This document shows, in pieces, positions 50,901 to 64,000 of a DNA stretch of 64,000 bases. This stretch comes from Raillietiella orientalis (taxonomy: Eukaryota). The notes beneath the pieces were generated by a model. The model searched no databases. It saw nothing but the letters and a program-made list of their open reading frames with translations, and was not told where the DNA came from. Position 1 is the stretch's first letter. Every line of letters starts with the position of its first letter. Where the stretch lies: positions 1,612,001-1,676,000 of the forward strand of contig JAYWIR010000009.1 in the NCBI GenBank assembly GCA_036172245.1. The letters are read 5' to 3'. A program made the position numbers and the translations under genes.

Positions 50901-53889
50901 TCGTGTTCCATCCTGCGCATCGCTGGCTTACAGATAAGAATGCAGCAGCCTCCATGCTCTCTGGAGCGCGGGAAGACACGTGTGAAGAACGCTGAGACCG
51001 CAGAGCCTGGTGGTTCGTGACGGGGCAGGAAGAAGGCTGTCGTATCTGGATTGTGGAGTTGTTTCCTTGCGTTCACCGAACGACGGGTCAATCCCTTCGC
51101 ACCCTCGAGTTGATCGAAAGGGCGGCAAGGGAAAACGCGGGAACTTTGTCCGTTGGTTTTTCTCTTCCTGTTTGCCAGGAAACTCGAACGGGCCGAGCGA
51201 GATCACAGCTGTTGGGACCCAAGCTTTTCAGGCAAAGATCGCTGCTACTCTCAAGCAGCTTCCCAGTTTTCACTCTCGGAACCTTCGAATCGATTCTTCT
51301 TCCCGGCGTAAAATCCATCAAGACATCCGAAGGGCAATTTAATCTGCAATTTCCGAGTTTTATCATCATATCGTGGCTTGGCATCGCAAAATAATGAACA
51401 CTTTCGGTTCCCAGGGACCATCTTACCTCCTCGCAAGCACTAGGGCGTGGATCGCTTCCTCCTATTCCTCATTCCTTCTTCCCTTTTGTGCCCGATAGAC
51501 GACCCTCCTCCTGTCAGTGACTTTCAGAACTCATCCAGCTTCGAGAAACTCACGTTCAAATGCTGATTGAGAACTTTCTCTGAGAGTGGTTCGAGTTTCT
51601 CAGGGATTCTTCAGGATCCTCAAGACATGGAGAAGCTCTCCAAGAAAGGCGGCAAAGCATCTTTGTCCACCATTCCACGCGAGAAGCCTGCCCTCTTTTG
51701 CAAATTCAAAGAAATTAAACGGGGATGCCTGCGGCCCACTTCAGAGTGCTCGCAGACTTCGATATCCTCTTCTACCAGATTTCTTCCAGTTATTCCCTAA
51801 AAGATCCCTCACAGGAAATGAGAGCCATTTACAGTTCCGACCAAACAGAGTTACCTCCCGCGAGTCCAGAGTGTCGATCTCTTAGTGGCGAGGTTTCTTA
51901 AAAGTGCACGAAACCCATGAAGTCGATGCAATCGTGTGAGGGCTGCTGTTGTCCTGAGGTTGTCATGACGCTCCAGAAGGAGTCGTCTGGGCGAAATGAT
52001 TTGTAAGAGGCAAACGACAGAGGTGGTTCACGAGAAACAACAGGTGGTAAACGAAAGGTTCGACGAAAAACAAAAATGGACGCCGGCGCAGCGAGACCTC
52101 AGCGTGGTCTGTGGGATTCGGCAGTCGCCGCTTTTCCAGAATTCCAAGTTGAGGCGGGAGCGAGGGAGGTTGAGAGTTACGAACGCGGGCAAACACGGAA
52201 AACAGCATGCAACTGGAGACAACAAATCCCGGAGCAGAAAAACGAGGATCTCCGCCGTCAACGGCGGCACAGTTGGTTCCTTGCAGGTGTGGGTTCCATC
52301 TTTTTCACCATCTGAGGTCTGTTAGCCCGCAGAATGTCCGACCTGAAAGCAGCAGGATTTTGCTCCTGCAGACAGGAGCGAAATTGCAAGCCCCTCTCGC
52401 AAATTCAGCCGGCAAGCTCCGTGCAAGAGAAAAATGATGCGGAGAGAAAAACGCTCTGTTCCCACGCTGGAAAGATGCGGAGGAACAGAGGCAAAAAGCG
52501 CTCCTGCTGCCCATATGTAGGAAAGGCTTGGAGACTTTACCCATAAATGACAAGAGTCCTCTAGGAAGTTAAGCGGTAATGAAGGTGGCACCCAAGATGC
52601 AACTCGCATCTCTGCATGTTTCGGAAAAGCAAAGCCTTGCTTTGAGAATGGAAGTTCTGCCTCCTGAAGAGGAGGGATGCGGTTTTGATCCGCCTCACGA
52701 GAAGCCTGGGAGGGATTCCTCTCTAGGTAGGATGTAGCCCGAGAAGGTCAATAGGGATTTCACTAGGACGAGGAGAGATGGATGGATGTTTTGCCTCCCT
52801 ATGTACCGCCAACGCTCGAAATTGGCCTCTAAACTCTTTTCTCAGAATGCTCCTCACGTTTGCATCTATGGAGGTAGCAGAAGTTCCTCGTGATGGAACG
52901 CTCGGGAACGGAAACTTGGAGGAGGAGATCAGAACGATCGATTTCTCTTTGAAAACTTCAGCCGGTCTGCTTCTAGAGGATGCCGTGGTAACTACTCAGG
53001 CTGACTGTCAGATGTCACTGGAAGAGAATTTTCCTCGCTCCCTGTGAAGTATCTCCTTAGGTGCAGATCTCGAGGAAGCTGCTCGAAGTGAAACAAACAG
53101 GAATCTCTTGCGCCCTTCATCTTCTTAGCTGCAGCGAGTGATTTTTCAACCACTCGCTACAGCTGTGCAGATAAAAGGGAATTCCGCAACCAAAGTGGCT
53201 CAGGCATGCTCGGCTGGATTCAGCAGAAGCATCCAGGAGATCAGGGTCGGTTTTCTTGCTGGAGTGTGGTGGTGAGTCAGCTCACATTCTGGAGCGATCA
53301 AAATACCAGCAGTGGCTTTGGCTGCTGCTTCCGTTCTGGATGCTGAGGAAGTTCGAGCGGAAACGAAGGAAAATCATCCCAGACCGCCACCTCTTAGAGA
53401 TGAAATAGCGGGAAGCTGCTTCCTTCCTTGTGTATCAACAGGAAAGGGCGAAGGTTGTTGCCGAAGAAACCTTTCTTCCCTGCCAAGCAACGGGAGCTGT
53501 CCGATCGGTGGTCAGCTCTGCTGACGAATCTCGCTGGGGTCGTTTTCTCGAGGGCACACAAGAGCCCACTAAAGAGCAGGGAGAGAGGAGGAGGGCCCTC
53601 GCTGATCCCAGATGCCGCCACCGCCCCCTCGCTACCGCCCAAGCAGCAGATCTTCGCTTTGCCCATCGAGTGGCGACGCTGTCTTGAGGGGGATAGAAGA
53701 ACCTTCCCGATGGTGCAGCTTGCTGCCCCTCGTGAGTGGGCCGGCCGCGTCGTCGAACGAGTCACCGGTACCGGTGGAATCCGAGATGGAGAACGTACCA
53801 GAATGCAGGGTCATCTTGTTTGACCCCACCTTTGTTCGCTATCAGGCGATGCTCGGCCACCCCAGCAGGAGGGATTGCTTGAGCTTACG

Positions 53890-54025
53890 TGGAGGATGGA
53901 GGAGAATGCTGTTGTTGTTGTTGATGATGATGATGATGGTGTGGAGGAGGAGGAAGGAAGGGAAGGAAGAGGAGGATAATGATGGTGGTGGTGACGAGGA
54001 GGAGGAGAAGGGGGAAGGAAGGAAA
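53890..54025. repeat. Compound trinucleotide microsatellite (GTT/GAT/GGA/GGT)
   Basis: gttgttgttgttgatgatgatgatgatggt...ggaggaggagg...ggtggtggt. Confidence 0.85.
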
Positions 54026-56449
54026 ACAGGCAATGGCAGGAGGAGCGTCTGGAGCGACGGAGGCGTCTGTGCCCGCCAGGCGGGAACGAGGGGTGCTCGA
54101 TTCCCGGAAAACTTGTCTTCATCGCCTGCCAGGAGAGCGTTGCGTGTGCGCATCGCCCTGGAGGACGTGCGCGCGTTCTTTTGTTTCCTCGCTGGCCTTC
54201 CCTTCCGTCTCCCGAGCCTCCACTAAGCGGTGCGATTCTTTCCTTTTCGTTCTGCGCCTCCCTCCCTTCCTTCCCCCTCCCCTTCCCCTCTCTCCTCTCC
54301 TTTTCTCCTCAGCCAAGTGAAAAATAGGAGGAATGCAGGCAAAATTCCAATTAAAAAGGGAATAAATAAAAATTTGGCTGGAGGTGGCGCTTTCGAAAAA
54401 GGAAACGCGCGCGGAAACCTCATCCGAGGTCTCCTCCCCCCTCTCCTCCTGGAGATGGAACGCCGGCGAACGCACACGATGACGCCTTCCGGAATGGTTT
54501 GAAGCTACAGGACGGGAAGCCCTGGTCCGGACTTTCCTCTCCGGATGTAAAGGCGCGAGTGTTTCCCGGGAGGCCGCCTTTTCTTACCCCGGCCCCTCTC
54601 TCCGGGCGGAGTACCGCGTGCGCTGCGTTGTCCAGGTCACCGCCGCCCCCGCATGTGGACGCACCCTTTCCGCTCCCCATCGCGGGGCTGAAGGGAGAGT
54701 AGTGGTGGCGGCTCTCCGAGGGATCTGATGAGCGAGATGCCTCGGCCGTACCCCATTCGGGAGCGCTCCTCTCCGTCTGAGGGAACGCATTTTGGGCAGG
54801 GGGGAGGAAGCGCCTCTCGGAACCGCGAGAGTCATCCAGGTGACCTTGAGACCCGATCGAATAGTGACCTTGAACGCTACCTCGGTACCGCAGCCTCGGT
54901 GCGTGCGTGTGTGCGTGCGTGTTCGGCGAAACGCGATCCAGAAGCAGCCAAAAAGCCCCTCCTCGTCCTCTCTCGCCTTCTCCCTCCCTTCGTTCCGCTC
55001 CCGAACTCTTCCCATTAATAGTCATCTCTCGGGGAGCGTCGAGGAGAAGAACACCGGAATGCGAGCTCTCAGCTTCCGGAAGAAAGAGACGTCGTTTATT
55101 TTAGGCTCCCGCACCCCTTCCTCTTCCTCTCCCTTTGCCTCCTCGCCACCTCTCATCATTGGATTACAAAACAAGAGAGGAGCATCTCTTATCGCCCCTC
55201 GCCATCTTCCTCGCAACGGTTGTTCTCCGAAGAGGCGATGCCGCCCTGCTCGGTTTTAGCAGGTATGCAACAGCCCCCCCACCAGCTGGCTGGGGATCAC
55301 GTGATTCGTCGCCGAGCTCCACTTTCCTAAACGTGTCCTTCTTCCTCCCTTTTTCATTTTATTCTAGTTTTTTTTGAAGAAAGGGAATGGGAGGATAATG
55401 AAGGAGAGGGGGAGGGGATGAAAGACAGTTCGTGCAACCTGCAAGATCTTCGGTGAGTTTCGTTTCACACTGGGAAATACTCAGCTTCCTGAATTCTTCC
55501 TTGTGCCCTTGCCTTCCTTGCTCGCCCGAGGTCCCGGTTCCATGAGGATGCCTCAAGAGCAGCAGCGTGGATCGTGTGCCTCTCTAGACAGGGACCTTGG
55601 TGACTGGGAGACGGTCCGGTAGGAGGCAGAGGGGTGGTTGGCCTGGTGCGGTGCATCTCCCGTGATCTTCCGCCACCATTTTGTTTCGTAGGAGTGCAAG
55701 GTTTTGGGACGCCGCCCGCGCCCCCAGAAACCCCTCACGAAAAACCCCCGCAAAGACTTCTTTCCCCCTGCCTTCGAACGCTCTTCTTGATCTCGGCTTC
55801 AGCAAGGCGAAGCTCCAGAAGAGTGATGCGGAAATAAAGGGGAAGGAAGAAAGACGGAAGGAGTGAGGATGGATGTGCATGGAAGGAAGGGTGAGCATCC
55901 TCACGGACAGCGTTTGGCAGCTCGGATGTCGGCGGATCGAGATGGCAAGATGGGCACAGGATCGCGACTATCAGGACGCCTTTCACTTTTCCGTAGAAGG
56001 TGGTAGAGTGGTGGCCAAGGTTCTACGTGGGTTTCCGTGATTCCTCTCGTTCCCAGTGGGCAGAAACGATCAGAAACAGCTTCGTCCTCTGTCGAGAGAC
56101 TTCAATGTGTCAGGTGACAGCAGAGATGCAAGTGCACTGCTACGCAAAGAGCGGGCAAAGCATGATGGGCGATTGAATCGCTCTTGCAACTGGAACGAGG
56201 CATCCGGAAAAACTACGATAAAAGAGAAGAGCGCTCCACGACCCCGCCCACAGACATAAGTACTGTTGACTGTAGCACGTTGATGAATGTATCTCTTGAA
56301 GCGCTTCCGCCCATCGTCGGGCTCGAACCGGTCGTATTCCTGGCAGAAGGAACACTCCTTGTGTCTTCGAGGGCACTGCAAAAATCGTCCGGCCCTTTGT
56401 TCTGTGATCATCAGAGCTCGCTGCAAATCCGAAAAGTCAGTTTAGGAGC

Positions 56450-56830
56450 TGCTGAGAAATCCCAATGACTCCCGGAGCGCATTGTATTCACGTTGTAAAT
56501 TTCCAACAACACGCATGCGGTAGAGCACTTGGTGCTCAGCAACTTATGGGAAAGGGGGGAAAATGCCTTGGGGAGGTGGAAAGTCAGACACTCCCTTCGA
56601 CTTCGAAAGGCTGTTTTTCCGTGCTGCATCTTCAAGCCCAGGCCAGGAACAGATCCCTCTTGATGATGGCAACACGTTCCAGGGAGGCAGCAAACCACTC
56701 CATCTGTTGCTTTGCAAGCGATCTGAAGTCTCTCTCTTCGACCTGAACTCTGACTTCACTTTTTGCAAAACCAAATGCCAGGGATTGTCTGGAAGGAAGC
56801 CCGTATGAGCGGGCAAAAAGGAACAGGCCG
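56450..56830 (-). mobile_element. Possible CR1-like RT remnant
   Basis: HTGFLP, then KAFSPLSHKLLSTK, then VVGNLQR, echoing QHGF...KAFD.V.H..L..K..G..G. Confidence 0.35.
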
Positions 56831-59800
56831 GAGACTCCTCGAAATCAAAGATCCGAGGTCTCTAAGGAATAAATGATGATGAGTTCCAAGACTTGGAAGA
56901 GGCTTAATGCAAATCGCCATGGAATCTTCTGAGAGAGGTCTGGAATCCTGGATCCCTCCGCTTCATTCACTTGACAACCAGGAAGCAGGATCTTCTTCAT
57001 CGAAACAAGCAGCCTCCACTTTTGTCTCGGCTCACTGACACTTCAGGGAGAGCGAAGCTTGCATCTTGTCAGAGCAAAAGGGCGCGAACTGTGCCCTGGA
57101 AGACTTAAGAGTATCCGCATCCACACTCCACACCGTACTCCCGATCCACAAGCGGAATTCATCTTGGCTCACGAAATGAATGGAGGGATGGACAGACGCA
57201 CGAGCGCGAGCGTTTGTAGTGTCCCCTCGAGCTTCCAGTGGTTTCCAGTTTTGAAACTGTGTACAGATAAACACAATGAGGGGTGAATCTCCTCTTAGCT
57301 GCAGTCCTCCTTCCAGAGGACTAAGCGTGCTCGCGGGAATCTTCCCAGGTGGATGAGACTAACACACGCTGAGGTGTACTGCATCGAGAGTAAACTCGTG
57401 CGTACGCTTTTGAGGAGGCAGAAAAACCTACAGCTTTCATCTTCATTCTGGACAGGTAGATGGCCCAACGAGCTGCTTAAATCTTCCTCTCCGGAAACGT
57501 CATCTTCGGCTCCATCCGATTCCACATCCAATACGCTCCATACGCTTGATTCCCTTGCTTCCTTTTTTCGTTTTCCCTCGATAGGACGCACCCTATCCCA
57601 GGCTGCATGCAGCGACATTTTGGGGATATGTTAGGCGCGAAGGTATCTGAGCATAATTCTCTGCAAGAGAGCGGTGATTGGCTACTTCATTGGATCTCGG
57701 ATTCTAGCAGATGCAGCAGTAAGAAGTTCGTGGTCCATGCCGCCCCCCATTCGGGAATCTCTGTGGGCTGCTGCCCCGAAGAGATTCCATGCGGCTGCAA
57801 ATTCCTCTGGTCCCATACTTTCTGAAGCAGGAAGGGAAAAAATGCATCTAAAAAATTCCATCTTGTTGGCACATTCCTTGCGGAAGTTGTGAAAGTTTCT
57901 TGAGAAAGTTTTCCTTGTCAAGAATTTCGAGAGAAACCCTTGAAAAGAGAAACCTGTGAGGATCAGCCGCATCCTGGAGACACAAGTACATTCCTATCCC
58001 GGTCCCGAAGCATTGAGGACAGCAAAGAACGGAAATTCCGGCTGCACTCACGTTTGGCATCGTTTTCTAAAGCAGCATTCGATCCGTCACGACTCGCCGT
58101 CCGGAGAAGGTTGCAACGGATGCAAAATGTATCCCGCTGAAGGCGTTACATTTCCGATGAGCTTTTTGTCAGCCTAGCTCAGACCATGCGCTGCTCAGCT
58201 GCCCACAGGCAGTCAGAAATGTGGTGTGCGCAAGAGACATCGCGAGCACAAGACCGTGCAGCCACGGGTGTTCCTCTCGCCAGATCCTTAAGTAATGAGC
58301 GATTTGCTCACATCGGGTTGATATTTTTTGCAGCTGATGGTGCTAAGAAGAAATCGCAGCTGGCATGGACCATGAACCAAAGCACAGATTTCAAATGAAG
58401 ATCATTGCTCGCACATCTTCCACATCGGCGTTCTGATGGCACGGCTTGTTCTCGACAAAGAATTATCTTGAGGGTCACAGATGGAGTCGACGCTGTCACC
58501 CTCATCTATCTAAACATGGATATCCGTGTTCCTCTACTGCCCTATTTAACGAGAAGCGCCATGGACCTCCTTTTGCTTCTTCCATTTCATCGAAGTGATC
58601 TCCATTTTGAGATCGAAACCGCGATTCATCTCTCCGAATAGTCTGACCTCACCTCGTTTTCATCTCGTGCTTCGCTTCATCCACATCAGGCTCGTATTTT
58701 TGTTCACGAATCCTCAACATCCAGTTCTTCTGTCATCGTTAAGGCTGCTGCATCTCGTGGTTTCCCATTGCTGCGTTTCCCTCTAGGGGTTTCCGTGTCT
58801 GAATTTTCCATTGCTTGTTGTAAAATCTTCAGCAAGCGTTTTTTTTTTTTTTTTTTTTTATCTCGTTATACTCTGTCATCCCGCCTCCGTTGAATACGGA
58901 AGAAAGAAAGATATTTGATCTGTTTAGTGCAGGTTTTGCTACTTAATTGGCAGAGTCCTCGCCTCAGCTGTTGTTTCGCGTGTCAGCAAAATGCCTGCTC
59001 CGAAGATGATTCATCGTTTTCCGCTTGATGCTGGAGATGGAGATGGAAATGCAGGAGCGACATTTTCCTTGGCTCTGGCCTTCATTTTTAGAAACACTGA
59101 GAGAACTTCAGGTAAGAATATGCTTGCGAGAAGGAGGAAGATGATCCTTCAGATTTCGTTTTGGACTCAGTTAACTTCATTGCCTTTTCATTGGACAGAA
59201 TACCTGAGAAGACGGTGTATTTTCTAATGTCCTCTCGAGAGGGATAGTGTGAAAATACAAAGCTTTTGCGAACGTCGCAGCTCAGCAAGGAACCTCCTCG
59301 TTATGATCTTTGGGCTTGCAATACATAAAGGCATCATTTCTCGCGTTCTGCCATGAAGCTCTCTGGCATCGATTCCATTCCGTTTTTTCTTCTTTTCTTT
59401 TCGTCTCTTTGAAGCTCCTGGCCAGCTACACTATGTTGCAGCAGTGATGCTTTCGGTGTAGGGAGGCCAAGGGATTGGAGGTCATCTTTTCCTGGGAAAC
59501 GATGTCTACTTTTTCCTCCATTCTACGGCTGCGTTCCGCTTCCCATGTCAAATCCCAGAGTGTGATTTTCAGCGAGGAAAAGTTCAGGATTTGAACCATC
59601 TGTGTAACACGTCATCGTCACGCCGCCGCCAGTCGCATAGGTAATCCGTTCCGAAACTGTGGTGTCAGAACTCAGCGCTTTCTCAACAACCTCGTTTATT
59701 CTTTTGCTTACCCTTTTCTTTCTTTTCTTTTTTTTTTTTCTTTTTTTTTTACTACCATTTCCTGAGTCTCCTTGTTCTTCATGGGTTGGGCGACTCGGGA

Positions 59801-61504
59801 GTTTCCTTCCGCGTTCTGCTGCCCCTTCTGCTTCGTGCTTTCGGATTTCGTTCAGAGTCATTTAATGTTCCACACTGTTCAATTTGTCATCCAAGAATTC
59901 AGGATCGATCTCAGCGTTCTTCCCGTTTCACAAAAGTCAAGTGGATTTGCCTTCTCATTTGCATACAATGCTAATCGTTTGTGTCTCATCGGAAGGCATT
60001 CAAAAGATTCTTGGATTCCATTTGCATACAATGAAGATGTGTTACACCTACCAATCGAAACAAAGGATTTTATTGCGCCTCGAACAGAGAAGACGGAAAG
60101 TGCTTCATTTCCACGGACAGAGCTCGCCACGATGGTGATCCTGACCGGATCGTGGTCGGATCAGTCACCAAGAAGAGGATGCCTTTGCAGTTCAAGACCA
60201 GCACTTGCATCTCCCGCCACCAGCACCCGAACCACCTGTTGGTGATGCCATGAGCGTTGTAGGCAGCTGTCGTACGCCGTGTGATCTGGTTTGGACTCCT
60301 CTGTTACAGAGAGAAATAATGGGGGATGTGTTTACCGTGTGCAGTTTCTTGTGAAGCTGCGACCGGAGCAGCTGGAGTTTATCCTTGCAGAACCGTTCAA
60401 CGTCTTTGTATATCTTTATCCACACGATTCCAAAAGGACCCAGAAGTACTGAAACAGGAAACGAGAGAGAAGAAAAAAAGAGGAGGCACGGATCAGGGAA
60501 CAGAACCACGAGAGGAAGAAATGGGAGCAGGATGCAATGGACCGCGATAAAGCTGAACCTGCAGGAGGAAAGGATGTACTGTAGGATTGATCATTCCTTA
60601 CTATGGTAGGTGCCAGCCACAAGCAGGACGGTGCTAAAACATTTTCAAAATATTTTTTAAAATGTCGGCGCATAGGTGCGCACATGCGCGCCCTCGCTGC
60701 GCATGTAGCATTCGAAATTGCTGCGATGCTGCCGTTTACGGACGCTTTGATCTTCATCGCCGGAGCAACGCATTGAAAATACATCGATGAGTAAGCGCCT
60801 TGGGTCATGCCAAGGATGCATTCGCTGCCGTGACCTTTGCCGACAAGGAAGTGTGATGCTGCGTGTCCTTCTGCGTTTCCGGGAAGGGTGGGAGAAACGA
60901 ACCCACGACTTGCATAGGCGAGTCTCCTGGGTGCTTCCTTGCAAGGCGGCGGCTCCTGATCCCTCCTGTGGAGTGACGGGGTTCGCAGACGCGCTTGTCA
61001 GCAGTCTCTTGGCTTGAGGCCTTCTTCCGGGAGATGATTCCCGAGCGATCTTCGCTCCCAGGAAACAAATGGAGTTTCGGGTGCCCGTGCCCGGGAAAGC
61101 GCGCTTCACGCTGAGCACTTCAAGCCTTTCCTTGCTGACGGTTTGGCGGCACAACGGACGGACTGACCGCTCCATGACCTCTGAAAGAGGTGCTGTCCTT
61201 CTCTTCCTCCTTCGGGATGCGGCTCTCTCGGTAGGCTCTGTTGCGGTGCGTTTTTCTCTGGTCGGACCTCATCCCTATTGCTCAGCAGTTCCACGAAGGC
61301 CGCATTGCTCCTCGGAGGGTTTCCAGCCCGCAGACGCTCGCAGCTCAAGATGAGCAGGCAGAGAGGAGAAATCGAACCTGCGCTCCCGCCAGCCTTCGGA
61401 AGTGGCTGACAGGTTTCAGGACGAGTGGTTGAGGTGGATGTCGCCGAGCCAGCTGTCCTTCTTTACACGACCATCCCCTCCTCGTCATTTATCCTACTGC
61501 TCAT

Positions 61505-61880
61505 TTCAGGGAGAGCCCTTCAGCGGATTCTTGAAGCGTCCCTTAGGGGTTCTCTTCAGAGGGAGAGGAGAGGGTCAAGGAGAGGGTCCCTTACGCGGGT
61601 TCCCACGGGAGAAAAAGCAATGGGAGGCCCCCACAAACCGGAGACTTCCTCCGAAGGAATAAGGAAGAGAATTCCCTTGTAGTTCCCGTACCAAGCGAAA
61701 GATGGACGCACTCCTTCCAGGATTCATAGGGTGGTCTCCCTATATCTTGAAGAGCTGCACGCACCCTCGGGTAGTGTGGACGGGGTTGAAGCGCTTCGTG
61801 AGCCCGTAGGCGAACGGTTCTTCAGCACTTGGCAAACCAAAAAGAAGAAAACCCGAACAAAAAAAAAAGATAAAAGGAAA
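61505..61880 (+). mobile_element. SINE-like family copy (3' part with A-rich tail)
   Basis: Subrepeats, ttccaggattcatag and ggcgaacggttcttcagcacttggcaaacc, followed by an A-rich tail. Confidence 0.75.
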
Positions 61881-62769
61881 ACAGGGGAGCAGAAGAATCC
61901 AAAGGAGTTCCCGCCATCCTAATGCAACAGTTGGATCCGAAAAACGATCTGCTGAAGAGGCTTCCCTCGAAAGTAGCTCGCTCTCTGACTCTTTGCGAGC
62001 GGGCGAGAGGTGCACCCGTGCAGAAAATCTGCCTTTTTCAGGCTCCGCTCATCCATGTTCACCTCCATGCATAGGTCCACCTTGACCAACTCTGTGTGCG
62101 TCTCCATCTTAGCTAAGGTAAGATTAAAATGCACGCGAAAACTTGATCTTCGCCCAGCGCGATGCCCGCGCAGTTTGCTACATCTGGGGATTCCTCTTGC
62201 ACACTTCTCACCGCACGTGGACTGGCGCTTCTGTCTTTCTCGGAAAAAAGGATCCGTTCATCTTTCATCACCCCTGGAAGAGCAACTCCGAAATTTCAGT
62301 GATGTCCACTTATTCATATGATTGCTGTAATGGTTTCCGCGTTCCCCCTTCCCTCCCCTCTGAACATCTCTGACGGTGGGAACTTCTACGCTTCTCTTCG
62401 CCGTGCACGAAAATCGGGAGTCGCCTTTTCCCCGGGAAGGATGATCACTTGCTTCCCCCATCCTTTCCGGATGCACCGCTTGTACACGACTCTTTTGCTC
62501 AGATGGCCCGCCGGACTCTCCAAGCGAAGCGCGCGGCTTAATCAGCTGACTGGGAAGCGAGCCACCTCCTCTGGGCGCCCCAGATCTTTTGATGGATTCG
62601 CTGCGAGTGACAGTGGAGTAATGCGATAGGTCGCTCTTCCCTCTGGAATGCCGGCAATCCTCGACGAAGCTCGAAGCGCATTACCTCTTTTTTAGGAGAG
62701 ATGGACGGCGGAATGAGACGCAGCCCAGTAGGATGGATGGTTCAACACACCCGGTCACGCCGGGACGTT

Positions 62770-64000
62770 TATTATAAAAATAATAAACATACATAGGTAG
62801 GGCCATCGACCCTACATTGTCCGAAAATGCTCGGAACCTGCAGAGTAACCGGCGCGCGGGTCGGCGAGGTTCGCCTCGGCAGCAGAGGAGAAGGGGGCAA
62901 ACAGAAAAAAAATAAAATGAAAGTCAGTAAAAAGGAAACCCATGGGGGCGCGGGAAAGGATTACCGTCCACTGGAGGGCGTCCTCTGCATCCTTTCCAGG
63001 ATGCAGGCAAGTTCTATCCGAGGATACCCCAAGTGGGACTATCTAGCTGCCGTCCGCAGGAAGTGCAGAGCGAAGCAAATGGCGTCCCCCTATCTTGCCG
63101 TTCTCCTCTCGCGTAGCTCCAGGCGGCCGCAATCCCACGTAGGCAGCAAAGAGCTGCTGGCGATGCGACAGGCGAAAAGGCATCGCGCACGAAGAGGCGC
63201 TTCATCGCGTCCCTAGGGCTGTCCGTCGGTGCACGAAGGTCGTTGCGTAACGCAACTACAGGGGCCGGAGGGTAGTCTACGAGCAGGCGCGAGAGGGATT
63301 CCCGTTCCCCGCACCTCCAGCAGTTGGGGTCCACAGCCCGCAAGGTCCAGAGCGTTGCACGGGAGACCTCAGTTCAACAGCAGAAGTGCCGATTCCTGCC
63401 ACTTCAGGAGGAGGGCCCGGCTTCAGCGCTGGGTGCCACTCGAGGTCTTCCTTTAGGATTCCCAGCAGCAGCTCACCGCAGTCCCTTCGGTCGGGCACTT
63501 GGAGTCGCAGCGTTCGTGAGCTGGCTCGTGGTCCAACCGCCTAATTCCTTCGCTCTTCCACCGATCCCACATCGGACCTCGCATTGGGCTGGCTGATTCC
63601 TGTTCAGGTGCTTCCTGAGGGAGGGCAACGCCGCCCCGTCTGAATAGGTTCTTTGCGCTCGAGCACACGCGGTGGGCTGCCAGACGACGTCCTGCTGCGA
63701 GCGGTTGTTGTAGAAGGAGGGCAGCAGTCGCTGCCGCATCTCCGGGATCGCTTCTTTATTCTTGGCCCGGTGCGAACAGTTTCCTTCAACCAGGCACTAC
63801 CGTTCACGGGATGGATAGTGGTGCCAGGGCGGTGATTTTGAATACGAAGTGGCTGGCTGGATCGCGGCGGAAAATCCGGCAGACCACCCGGTGCTCCATG
63901 CAGCGACCTGAAGAGCGCCAGCGAGTGGAGATGGAGCCACGGCGCGAGCTCCCTTCTGAATGATTTCACTTGGAAATTCCACAATTCGCGTTCCCACCAT
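62770..64000 (-). mobile_element. L1/Tx1-like LINE 3' region (copy 3, more diverged, runs off the window)
   Basis: LPSFY, KWQESALLLLN*GLPC and CWRCGERESLSRLLVD motifs. Its 3' region is homologous to copies 1 and 2 (ggcgtcctctgcatcct...aggatgc). Confidence 0.75.

Noticed and set aside
57295..60250. Acidic coding-like minus-strand segments suggesting another gene
   Set aside because: Frames are broken by stops, no domain is recognisable, and no consistent exon chain could be built.

Overview
This window is GC-rich, repeat-dense eukaryotic (metazoan-like) genomic DNA. Almost all ORFs in the six-frame track are chance ORFs. One intact gene is supported: a minus-strand PDZ-domain gene. Its exon 1 (35808-35906) and exon 2 (8846-9015) splice in phase 0 across a ~26.8 kb intron to rebuild a complete N-terminal PDZ domain, and later exons could not be assigned. 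An intronless, multiply disabled Prp8 (PRPF8) pseudogene fragment lies at ~47.7-49.1 kb, split by a SINE with a 6-bp target-site duplication. Eight copies of one long (~0.85 kb) tRNA-headed SINE-like family with an internal degenerate subrepeat are scattered through the window. Three 3' fragments of an L1/Tx1-like LINE are present, two of them forming a near-identical local inverted duplication that shares inactivating mutations. There are also many faint CR1/L2-like LINE remnants, short palindromes and simple repeats. No prokaryotic operon, CRISPR array, rRNA or intact tRNA gene was found. All homology calls come from motif recognition by eye, not from database searches.
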